A DNA stretch of 44,288 nucleotides, from the IMG/VR virus record IMGVR_UViG_3300043184_000101, positions 1 through 44,288 of that record; one strand, given 5' to 3'. Positions 17,738 to 26,411 of this stretch are shown piece after piece. This DNA comes from a virus (lineage: Duplodnaviria; Caudoviricetes). Each line of letters starts with the position of its first letter. The first letter of the stretch is position 1. The notes under the pieces are model-generated. The model did no database searches, had not been told where the DNA came from, and saw only the letters and a program-made list of their open reading frames with translations. A program made the translations under genes and the position numbers.

Positions 17738-18094
17738 GGGGGTTTTTAAATAACGCCCGAAAAAGTATATTCCAAAAATATAATTAGCTAACTTATAGTA
17801 AAAAAAAGATTTATAAATATGTATTTCAAAGTGTGCCAAAAGATAAAATTAAGAGTATTTTGACATTTTGATTTTGGCACGGCTTTTGGCTCAACAAAAT
17901 CATCAAAATTCATATGTATTATTACTAGATTTACTGTTGAGCCAAAAACTACACTTTTTGGCTCACTTATACTCAATAAGCGTATCCTTATTGTTTACTT
18001 ATATTTATCAGTAGTTTCAATAAAAGCTAGTAACTCTGGGCATAAATTGGCTTACCTTGGAATATACTTTTTCGGGGGATATTTAAAAACCCCC
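17738..18094. mobile_element. 357-bp non-autonomous Tn3-like element (MITE), copy 1
   Basis: 38-bp TIRs GGGGGTTTTTAAATA(ACG/TCC)CCCGAAAAAGTATATTCCAA, 36/38 match; no transposase. Confidence 0.9.
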
Positions 18095-19567
18095 CATGCG
18101 CATCAGGCTAAGAAAAGACTAGGAGTAAGTGATTGAAAATAAAGGGAATCCCTTAGAAAATAAAAACAAAAATATATAAGGGAAACCCTAAAATGAATAG
18201 TGAAATAAAAATAGCAGAAGAAATGAAGAAAGTACTAGAGCAAAAGGCACGAGAGTTAGGACGAGAAAGTGGGTTTATAAAAAGGGAAGTGAAATTGGAC
18301 GGGGCAAAATTTGTGCAGATGTTAGTGTTTGGATGGATGAGTAATCCTCAAGCAACATATGAAGAAATGGCGCAAACAGCAACAACGCTAGGAATAGATA
18401 TAACTTCACAATCAATAGAAGAAAGATTTAGCCCACTCTCAGCAGAGTTCTTAAAGAAGGTGTTAGAAGAAACAATTAAGGTAGTAGTAAGAATGGAGCA
18501 AGCAAATATACCAATATTAGAAAGATTTCAAGGAGTATATATAAAAGATAGTAGTACAATTACGCTACCAGATGAGTTAAAAAAGATATGGAAGGGATGT
18601 GGAGGAACTAACTCAGAACAGGCTCAATCAGCCTTAAAGCTACAAGTACAAATAGACATAAAAAGTGGTAGAATTTCAGGACTGTATTTAGCAGATGGAA
18701 AAGAGCCTGACGTAAGCTCAAAGTTAAACAATCCAGAAACAATGGAGTTAGAGGAAAACTCTATTCACATAGGAGATTTAGGCTATTGGTCAATAAAGGT
18801 CTTTAGAGAGATAGAAAAACAAAGTAGTTATTTTCTATCCAGGCTTAAGACCAGAGTTTTGGTTTATGAGAATACTAAAAAAGCTTGGCCAGTTGTTAAA
18901 ATTTTAGAGAAAAAAAACGCCTCCCAACTAGACACGCAAGTAAAAATAGGAGAAGACGAGCGTTTTGCTTGTCGTTTGCTAGCTGTAAAAGTTCCTCCAG
19001 AAGTTGCAGCAGAACGTAGAAGGAAATGGAATGAAGAGGCTAAAGAAAAAGGGAAAACTGTCAGTAAAGCAAGATTAGCTCAAGCTGATTACTCTGTATT
19101 TATTACTAATGTTCCTGTTAATTTGCTTAGCTTGAAGGAGGCTTTAGTTTTGGCTCGCTGTCGTTGGCAGATAGAATTACTTTTTAAGCTTTGGAAGAGT
19201 TATGGCCAAGTTGACAAATCTCGCAGCCATAAACCATACCGTATTCTTTCTGAAGTATATGCTAAACTTATTATTATGCTCATTCAGCACTGGATTTTGA
19301 TTGCTGGTTGCTGGAATTATCCTAACCGCAGTTTGCCCAAAGCTGTTAAACACATTCAAAAGATGGCTTTATTTATTGCTTGTTCTTTTTCTAATCCCTT
19401 TTTACTTAGCCATTGCCTCAGTATCGTTTTTCTAGGCTTTCCTCATTGTCTTATGAATAAACGCAAAGCACGCCCTAACAATTATCAACTTCTTTTTGAC
19501 ACTGATAATTTGGCTGCTTTACCTAAACCCTTTGTTTTCTCTCTTTGTGCTTAGCCTGATGTGCATG
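18095..19567 (+). mobile_element. IS4-family insertion sequence (IS231-like), ~1.47 kb
   Basis: 18-bp IRs CATGCGCATCAGGCTAAG / CTTAGCCTGATGTGCATG (1 mismatch); duplicated target GGGGATATTTAAAAACCCCC at 18075-18094 and 19568-19587; exact ends ambiguous within the G/C runs. Confidence 0.9.
18193..19554 (+). CDS. IS4-family DDE transposase
   Basis: DSSTITLP, GDLGYW and RWQIELLFKLWKS motifs; stop codon lies inside the right IR. Confidence 0.93.
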   Translation: MNSEIKIAEEMKKVLEQKARELGRESGFIKREVKLDGAKFVQMLVFGWMSNPQATYEEMAQTATTLGIDITSQSIEERFSPLSAEFLKKVLEETIKVVVRMEQANIPILERFQGVYIKDSSTITLPDELKKIWKGCGGTNSEQAQSALKLQVQIDIKSGRISGLYLADGKEPDVSSKLNNPETMELEENSIHIGDLGYWSIKVFREIEKQSSYFLSRLKTRVLVYENTKKAWPVVKILEKKNASQLDTQVKIGEDERFACRLLAVKVPPEVAAERRRKWNEEAKEKGKTVSKARLAQADYSVFITNVPVNLLSLKEALVLARCRWQIELLFKLWKSYGQVDKSRSHKPYRILSEVYAKLIIMLIQHWILIAGCWNYPNRSLPKAVKHIQKMALFIACSFSNPFLLSHCLSIVFLGFPHCLMNKRKARPNNYQLLFDTDNLAALPKPFVFSLCA

Positions 19568-19739
19568 GGGGATATTTAAAAACCCCCAGTTTAGTGCTGA
19601 AGAAAAGAAAATAGCTAAATCGGTTATTGAAGCTTTGATTTTACAGCACCAAGCTAAAGTGCTTGCTACTTTACCTACTAATTAGTTTTAAGTTAGCTAG
19701 TACTAAAGCTTTATAAAAAATACCTCTCTAGAATCTTTA

Positions 19740-20156
19740 TCACAAAGAACTAAAATCAAAATTGTCTATAGAACTCTCTATAAGAGAAACAGATTTTTTT
19801 AAATTATTGATAAAATGCTCTACACTTATTGTGTGCAATTCAGGATACTCTTCTATCACACTTTGCCCGGAATCGTCTGTAAGGCACACTCGACTATCTA
19901 TAATCCAAGTCTGTTCTTTAAAACTACAATCAATAAACCAACATACGAATTTGTTTATTTTGAAATTAGCCTCTATATACATCTCAATCATACTTCCTGA
20001 TTCATAATTTCTAAATTCAAGGTCTCGTATAGTTTTAATTACTTCCTTTTTATTGTCTAATTTTCGGCACATATCCATAAATTTTTCATTACTTTCGGCA
20101 ACAATTTGTACCAAGCTCATAGCTATTTCATTATCTGTCTTTTTTAATTCTTGCAT
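19740..20156 (-). CDS. Cognate immunity protein of the Rhs toxin (putative)
   Basis: Small acidic ORF starting 25 bp after the Rhs stop, SD AAGGA. Confidence 0.75.
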   Translation of the reverse strand: MQELKKTDNEIAMSLVQIVAESNEKFMDMCRKLDNKKEVIKTIRDLEFRNYESGSMIEMYIEANFKINKFVCWFIDCSFKEQTWIIDSRVCLTDDSGQSVIEEYPELHTISVEHFINNLKKSVSLIESSIDNFDFSSL

Positions 20157-20181
20157 TAACTTTTTTCCTTAAGTAATAAGT

Positions 20182-23100
20182 TTAATCTTTTTTAGGAAGT
20201 TTACCTTTATCAACTACAGCCGCTTTTATTTGTTCAGGAGTTGCCATTGCTCCTTTAATACCAACATGACCAGGTGGTACATTGTCTGGAATCACAGATC
20301 CTACTGGTAACTTAGATGTGTCTACTTTAAAATACTCGTTTCCAAACTTAAAAACAGGTAGCTGTCCTTGAGGTAATGGGTATGGATTTGATAGAGAGTC
20401 TCTAAAAGATAATATACCCCCATCTACATCTCGCGGTGTAAGACTACCTGGGTTAGTACGGCCTTCTCGGAAAATAAAAGGTGGAATAGGTATAATTTTT
20501 CCTAATAATAGATCAGGAACTACTTCACCAGCAGCTTCTGCAACAGCAGTAGGTAAATTTCCTTGCTCAATAGATTCTTTTATTGCGTCATTTACATCTG
20601 TTGGATTGTTAGCATATTCTTGATAATCACCAGCTAAATCTATATAAACTTGTACATCTTCTTTGAGTACTTTTTCTGGTTCTTTGCTCAATCTCAGAAT
20701 TTTTACTACTGTACTTGATACTTTGTTTGCTACTCCTTTACCAAATGCTTTGAAAGCTTTACCTACTTTTGAGAAAAACCCTTCTTTCTTTTCAGGTTCT
20801 AATCCAAGAGGATCGGTAAAATTAATAGGATTATTCAAAGTATAACTATATAGGTTAAGAGTTTGTGGGTTTCCAACTTTAGTACTTCCTCTAAATGGAT
20901 CAACACTCATAAATCTTCCATTTATATTTGAATAATACCGAGCTTGGGCAAAATCCAGCCCTGTCTCTTCATCTCGTTGATAACCAGTAAATTTCTGGCG
21001 TATAGAATCGGTAATAGAATAACCAGGTATAGATGACCTATTGCCAACAGAATCAGATAGTTGATCGCCGAATGGCAAGAAATCACGCCTACTGATAACT
21101 TGACTTGAGGAATCAGTTAAGATTCTAGGACTGCCTAAGTGATCTGGGGTGTGGTAATTGATCTTGTCACTTTCAACAGTGGCAAGCATACCGCTAGCAC
21201 CATAGATATGCTCACGAGCAGGAGAACCAATAGCCGCAACTACTTGGCCATCGTACTCAGCAAGTAACCGTCCAGATTGGTCATAAACAAAACGAGTTGT
21301 GAGGGAAGGTGTCAGTTTTTTAACTCTCCAACCGTTAGAATCATAAAAATAGTTGGATATGGTGTTAGATCCTTGAGAAACCGATATAAGCCGATTTTCA
21401 GCATCATAGAGGAAAGACTTACCAGAAGGGTCAGCAATTAAATTACCAGCTAAGTCATAATCATAACCAGGAGAAGAAATTCTATTTTTAGAAGGGGAAA
21501 TTTGTAGGGTTTGAGCATTAGTCCCACTTACACTCAATCTGTTTCCATAACGGTCATAGTCATAGGATTGATTCCAAGTCACTCCAGGATTTAGCGCAAG
21601 AGGAGAAGGTTCTATAGAAGTTGAGAAACCGTTTAAGTCAGCACAAGTGGTTCTACCATTTAGGTTTACAAAAACTGTTGGCAAGTTTCCATTACCAAGA
21701 CTGGTACTATCATATGAAAATATACATTCAACCCTTACTTTTGTACCTACAGAGTTAGGAGGCAATAGGACAAAATAAGTCCTATCTCTACGGTTACGCT
21801 CTGCACTGTCTCCTCCTGATGCATTCCCGTTAGAATCTATAAAAACACCCAAAGAATCAGAAACAGAGTTGAAAGGAGCTTGAGCTATAGCACCCTGACC
21901 ATTTATAAGAACACCCATATTAACCACAGTAGAAGAACCAGGGTTAAGCTGCGGGCTAATTACCTGAGCCGAGTAAGAGATGATCAATTGAAGTTGAGAA
22001 TCAGGACGAGCAAGGCTTGCGTTGGTGAGATCAACTTCAAACATAGCTGTTCCTTCAGAATGTGCTTTAGACACATTCTCTAGACCAAGCGGGCTGTTAG
22101 TTGCGTTAAAACTGCCAACACCATCTACAGCAAAAAAATCACCTGTTTGACCAAGGCTATCCGTAGCAGCACAAAGAACTTGAATTAAACCAGCAACAAC
22201 TTCACCACAAGCAGAGGTAAAACGAAGTTCATGCAAGCCTGTGCTACCACTAGAAGCATCCACCATCAAAGTAAGAGAGTTTGCAGAACTGCTAAGAATA
22301 GATACACTTAAACCACTACCACCAACACTCAAACTTTGGAGTTGGTTAAGTGCTACACCTTCAAGAGTTATAGTGGTTTGTTTTTGAGGTTCAACTTGAG
22401 CAACAACAGAGTCTGCACTACCGCCACCGACTGAAGGACAACCTAAATCACCAAATTCTTTAGCAAGTTTGAGCCTGTTAAGCTCATCATAAGCAAAAGC
22501 CTGCTCAAACACTCCTGTAGAAGTCAAATTAAAAGTATTTTTAGCGCCATTGCCTGGAATAAATCTTCCGCTAGTAAGTTGAGAACCCCCGCCACCATCA
22601 TCTTGACCAGTGTAAATAGTGATGCGGCCAATATTTCCATTGTTTTTGGATTGGTCAAGTTGGGGTTCTGGAGTCGTAGCAGAGCTAAGCGAAGAAAATG
22701 GATAAAGACCGTAGTCATAGCTTAAGCGGAATTTTTCATCACTGAAACGGAAAAAGCCTAAAGAAATATCAGTAGGTTGAAGGCGACTATTGTATTTGAT
22801 GGAGTGATTTAAGCCATTGCCTAATATTTGGTTAGCCAAAGCACCACTAGGACTGTATTCAGCGTTTTGGCTTATAGTTTGGTCATTGCTCATAACTTGA
22901 GTAATTTGACCAGCAATATTGTAGGAATGAGAAATAGTCCTTGTAGAAGGATAAGTATGCTCTACGGGCAAGCTAGCTAGGTTATATGAGCTATTTGTAA
23001 CGTAGTGCTGACCATCAAGAAGTTGGGAGCTTTTTGTAATTCTGCCGCCAATGTCGTAAGTATGAAAAAGCGCGGTAGCAGCATCCCGGGTGGTAGAAGG

Positions 23101-26100
23101 ACTAAGAATAGCCGATGTTCTACCAAGCAAGTTTTGGAAGCTAAAACCTGGAGGTAAACTGACTCCAGAAGGCAAGCCCGAAGGTACCACATCATAAAAG
23201 TATCTAGCTTCGGGGGTAGAATCACTATAAGTTTTAGTAGCAAGGCGATTTATAGAATCATAACTGTAAGTAGTAATTATATTACGTGGATCTTTGCGTT
23301 CTATTAGGTTACTAGCTTTGTCATATTTGTAGAATGTAGAACCATTGGATGAAGCGTCACCACTTTCTGGGCTGGTGGCGGAGATAAGACGACTTAGAGC
23401 GTCATAAGTAAATGTTCGCGTTTGAACGCCTTGATTAACTTGTACCAAATTAGATCTAGCGTCATAAGAGTAAGAAGTAATTTGGTCAAGCGTTTGGGAT
23501 GTAGAATTAGGCTCATAAACATTTGTAAGTCTGCCAGCAGCATCGGTTTCACTTTTACGTTGCTTACCTGCTTGGTCTGTTACTGTGACAAAGTTAGTTT
23601 GATAAGTTGTATTTACAGTGCCAGTTAAAAAGTCAGAATTACCAAAAGTTTGAATCCTAAACACTCTACTCAGAGCGTCATATTGACTAGTAGTGTAACC
23701 GTCGGTAGAGCTTAATCCTGAAAGAGGACGGAAAGGATTGGTTACTTTCTCAACTCTCCCTAGAGCATCATAGAAAGTTTCTGATAGAACATCACCCTCT
23801 GGGTCAGTTCTTCTTTGTTTGGTAGTACGCAAAAACCCATCAAATTCACTTACAGATGTTAAAACCCTACCGCTATCCAGGGAACTTTCTACCGTCACTG
23901 TGTTTGGATACACCCCAGGCGCACTATAAGTGTAGGTGGTACGACCAAAACCACCGTTTGAGTCTCCCCCTGGTCTTGTTTCCAACGTTAAACGGTCTAA
24001 TTTGTCATTGTATTGGAAAGTCGTAGTGTCATTATTAAGTCCTGTGCTAGAAAGTACCGCTCCTGTATGAAAATCAAATACCCGACTTGATGTTAAAACC
24101 CGACTTCCACTCAATCCGCTGCTCACATGTTGCTTACTTTGCTCTGGGAATGTGAATTGTGAGCTTAAATTATAAACACTTTCGCTCCTCTGACCTGGGT
24201 TTGGCCCCAAAACTTCTACTACATTACCTAAAACGTCATAATGAGAATATAACGTTGATGCTTCTGGCCTACCAAAACCCGTTGTTACAGCCGTAACATT
24301 ACCTCTTTGCACACGCGAAGGGCTTTGATAAAGCTGTGCATGACTGTCTACTGTAAGTGTTCTTGGCGTTAAAGCAGCATTATTTGCTCCGCTGTACTGG
24401 TCATATTCGTATTTTGTAGTATTTTCTACTATACCAGCCCCATTTTTTATTGTCTCGGTGTCTACAAGGGAACGCAAATGGGTATCTAAAACGGTGTCTA
24501 AATCGTCACTTTCTTGGGCATTAAGTGCTGTATAATCTATTCCATTTAATGAAGTTACATAAGATCGCTCTACTCTGCGAATTATCTCATTAGCATAACC
24601 GGTTAAAACTTCACTCGTTACGTTGTTAAATTGGTCATATTCGTAGTCAACTTTGCTAGTTTTAGTCCCTCCATCAAGCAAACTATTAGTAGATCTAGTT
24701 ATTCTTGGGTTATTTTCTGGTTGTGCCAAAGTGTTGGCGTCTGCGCCTGCTATCCAGGCTACTCCAGATTGCTGCTGATATGTGGTAATGCTACGGCGCA
24801 TAGGGGTAACGCCATCAAAGTTAAATTGTTGTGTTTCAAGCTCTTTACCTTCTAGCCAAGGACGATATCCAGTTTGTGGAGGTGTGCCGCCTGCTCTATC
24901 TAGCCCACGCTTAGGATGACCCGAAAATTTATGAGAACTTTTACTTAAAATTCTGTCCCCGTTGTTAGGATCTACTTCTGTTTGCTCTACTGTAACATCA
25001 CCATTTACTATGCGTGATGGATCTGTGGGGTCAGAATACGTAACTTTACCTTCAATTTGTGTAGAATTTGATGGAAAAGTTCGCCTTTCTACTACTCTGC
25101 GAAAAATTTGATTGAGTGTAGGGTCATAACCACCATTGTTTAGACCAATATTAGGCCCCATTTCAAACTCTACAACACCTTTAGCAGGAGTTTTAACACT
25201 CACTACCTCACCATAACTGTTGTATTTGAACTCCCATTTATGACCATCTAGTGCAATTGGCGTAGAAGAATCTGGCAAAATGACTTCATTAACAACTCTT
25301 GGGTTAAAAGGTATATCAGGAATTGATAGTTGGACGGCTTCAGCAGGGAACAATTGGTCAATATTCTTCTTGGTTTGCCCTGTAGCAAGATGATTTTCTA
25401 GTTTTCTACCTCTGACGGTAGTAACTCTATCTTGTCCACCAATTCCTTTGACGGTAATAGTAGCCAAAACGCCTGTAGAAACATCATAGCGAACCTCAAT
25501 AGTTCGTCCCATGTTATCAATTACAGTTTTAAGGCGATTGCCATCATAAAGATATTTGATTAAATTGCCGTTGTGGTCGCGTTGTTTGACTACTCTACCT
25601 TGCTCAATTCTAAAACGTGTTCCATCTCTGAGATAAACGTAGCCACTTATGTTGGTTTCGTTTGTACTAAAGAGGGAATCTTTTATTTCTGTGTCACTTA
25701 CAAAAGTTGCAGACGTACCATCTTTAGATTCAAACCGTTTTCCTCTAGAAATGGGCTCACAATTAACTAAAAATCTTGGCTCTCCATCATAAATCCTATC
25801 CCTAAAATCATAGGTTGTTCCGTCTGGAGACGTAAAAGTCACAATCGTTATCGTTTTTTCTGGTTTAGGTGGTTGAACTCCGGGACCTGGAAAGACACAT
25901 GTTCGGTTTGCTTTGTTAATTATTGCCGTGTGAACAACTCTTAGAGCACCTGAATGAATAGTCCAACCTGCTCCTAGTGATGAAATTTCAGGGTCAGGCT
26001 CACTATAAGAAGGAATATAAGTAGTAACTATTGATGGCTGTTCGCCTGCAATTCTGGCTGCAACGTCTGTTTCTACTTTATCTACGTACCAAGTTTTGGA

Positions 26101-26394
26101 ATTGTAGGATAAAACTACTCCAGCACTCATCCCTCCACGACTAGTTAAACTAGCCAAAGGAAATGACATACTCACATTGCCATTAAATAGGTTAACTTTG
26201 TCAAAGTTGCTACCTCCATAACTCCCCAATGGATTAACACCTTTGGCTAATCCAGTCGGTATTGACTGGGTTGTTGGGCTAGAGGTAGTAACATTTGGCG
26301 TTTGCACTGGAGGAGGATTCGTTTGACCAACGGCTACACTCGCTATTTTTAATGCTAACACTATTGCGATTAAGTTTTTCTTCCAACTAAACAT
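20182..26394 (-). CDS. Rhs/YD-repeat polymorphic toxin with Sec-type signal peptide (2070 aa; start corrected to 26394)
   Basis: YD repeats, DHLGSPR, DEETGLDFAQARYY, NLYSYTLNNPINFTDPLGL autoproteolysis motif; N-terminal MFSWKKNLIAIVLALKIASVAVG; SD AAGGA. Confidence 0.95.
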   Translation of the reverse strand: MFSWKKNLIAIVLALKIASVAVGQTNPPPVQTPNVTTSSPTTQSIPTGLAKGVNPLGSYGGSNFDKVNLFNGNVSMSFPLASLTSRGGMSAGVVLSYNSKTWYVDKVETDVAARIAGEQPSIVTTYIPSYSEPDPEISSLGAGWTIHSGALRVVHTAIINKANRTCVFPGPGVQPPKPEKTITIVTFTSPDGTTYDFRDRIYDGEPRFLVNCEPISRGKRFESKDGTSATFVSDTEIKDSLFSTNETNISGYVYLRDGTRFRIEQGRVVKQRDHNGNLIKYLYDGNRLKTVIDNMGRTIEVRYDVSTGVLATITVKGIGGQDRVTTVRGRKLENHLATGQTKKNIDQLFPAEAVQLSIPDIPFNPRVVNEVILPDSSTPIALDGHKWEFKYNSYGEVVSVKTPAKGVVEFEMGPNIGLNNGGYDPTLNQIFRRVVERRTFPSNSTQIEGKVTYSDPTDPSRIVNGDVTVEQTEVDPNNGDRILSKSSHKFSGHPKRGLDRAGGTPPQTGYRPWLEGKELETQQFNFDGVTPMRRSITTYQQQSGVAWIAGADANTLAQPENNPRITRSTNSLLDGGTKTSKVDYEYDQFNNVTSEVLTGYANEIIRRVERSYVTSLNGIDYTALNAQESDDLDTVLDTHLRSLVDTETIKNGAGIVENTTKYEYDQYSGANNAALTPRTLTVDSHAQLYQSPSRVQRGNVTAVTTGFGRPEASTLYSHYDVLGNVVEVLGPNPGQRSESVYNLSSQFTFPEQSKQHVSSGLSGSRVLTSSRVFDFHTGAVLSSTGLNNDTTTFQYNDKLDRLTLETRPGGDSNGGFGRTTYTYSAPGVYPNTVTVESSLDSGRVLTSVSEFDGFLRTTKQRRTDPEGDVLSETFYDALGRVEKVTNPFRPLSGLSSTDGYTTSQYDALSRVFRIQTFGNSDFLTGTVNTTYQTNFVTVTDQAGKQRKSETDAAGRLTNVYEPNSTSQTLDQITSYSYDARSNLVQVNQGVQTRTFTYDALSRLISATSPESGDASSNGSTFYKYDKASNLIERKDPRNIITTYSYDSINRLATKTYSDSTPEARYFYDVVPSGLPSGVSLPPGFSFQNLLGRTSAILSPSTTRDAATALFHTYDIGGRITKSSQLLDGQHYVTNSSYNLASLPVEHTYPSTRTISHSYNIAGQITQVMSNDQTISQNAEYSPSGALANQILGNGLNHSIKYNSRLQPTDISLGFFRFSDEKFRLSYDYGLYPFSSLSSATTPEPQLDQSKNNGNIGRITIYTGQDDGGGGSQLTSGRFIPGNGAKNTFNLTSTGVFEQAFAYDELNRLKLAKEFGDLGCPSVGGGSADSVVAQVEPQKQTTITLEGVALNQLQSLSVGGSGLSVSILSSSANSLTLMVDASSGSTGLHELRFTSACGEVVAGLIQVLCAATDSLGQTGDFFAVDGVGSFNATNSPLGLENVSKAHSEGTAMFEVDLTNASLARPDSQLQLIISYSAQVISPQLNPGSSTVVNMGVLINGQGAIAQAPFNSVSDSLGVFIDSNGNASGGDSAERNRRDRTYFVLLPPNSVGTKVRVECIFSYDSTSLGNGNLPTVFVNLNGRTTCADLNGFSTSIEPSPLALNPGVTWNQSYDYDRYGNRLSVSGTNAQTLQISPSKNRISSPGYDYDLAGNLIADPSGKSFLYDAENRLISVSQGSNTISNYFYDSNGWRVKKLTPSLTTRFVYDQSGRLLAEYDGQVVAAIGSPAREHIYGASGMLATVESDKINYHTPDHLGSPRILTDSSSQVISRRDFLPFGDQLSDSVGNRSSIPGYSITDSIRQKFTGYQRDEETGLDFAQARYYSNINGRFMSVDPFRGSTKVGNPQTLNLYSYTLNNPINFTDPLGLEPEKKEGFFSKVGKAFKAFGKGVANKVSSTVVKILRLSKEPEKVLKEDVQVYIDLAGDYQEYANNPTDVNDAIKESIEQGNLPTAVAEAAGEVVPDLLLGKIIPIPPFIFREGRTNPGSLTPRDVDGGILSFRDSLSNPYPLPQGQLPVFKFGNEYFKVDTSKLPVGSVIPDNVPPGHVGIKGAMATPEQIKAAVVDKGKLPKKD

Positions 26395-26411
26395 AGTCTT
26401 TTCCTTTTTTG

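Noticed and set aside
17723-17839. N-terminal extension of the 204-aa ORF
   Set aside because: Reads through MITE sequence; the SD-supported start is 17722
17788-17976. 62-aa ORF duplicated at 33724-33912
   Set aside because: Lies inside the MITE across its internal repeats, has a non-ATG start and no motif; useful only as a marker of the duplication
18193-19554. IS4 transposase as the mover of the 16.3-kb block
   Set aside because: It has its own IRs and target duplication; the block's GGGGG 38-bp ends and 5-bp TSD point to a Tn3-family enzyme acting in trans
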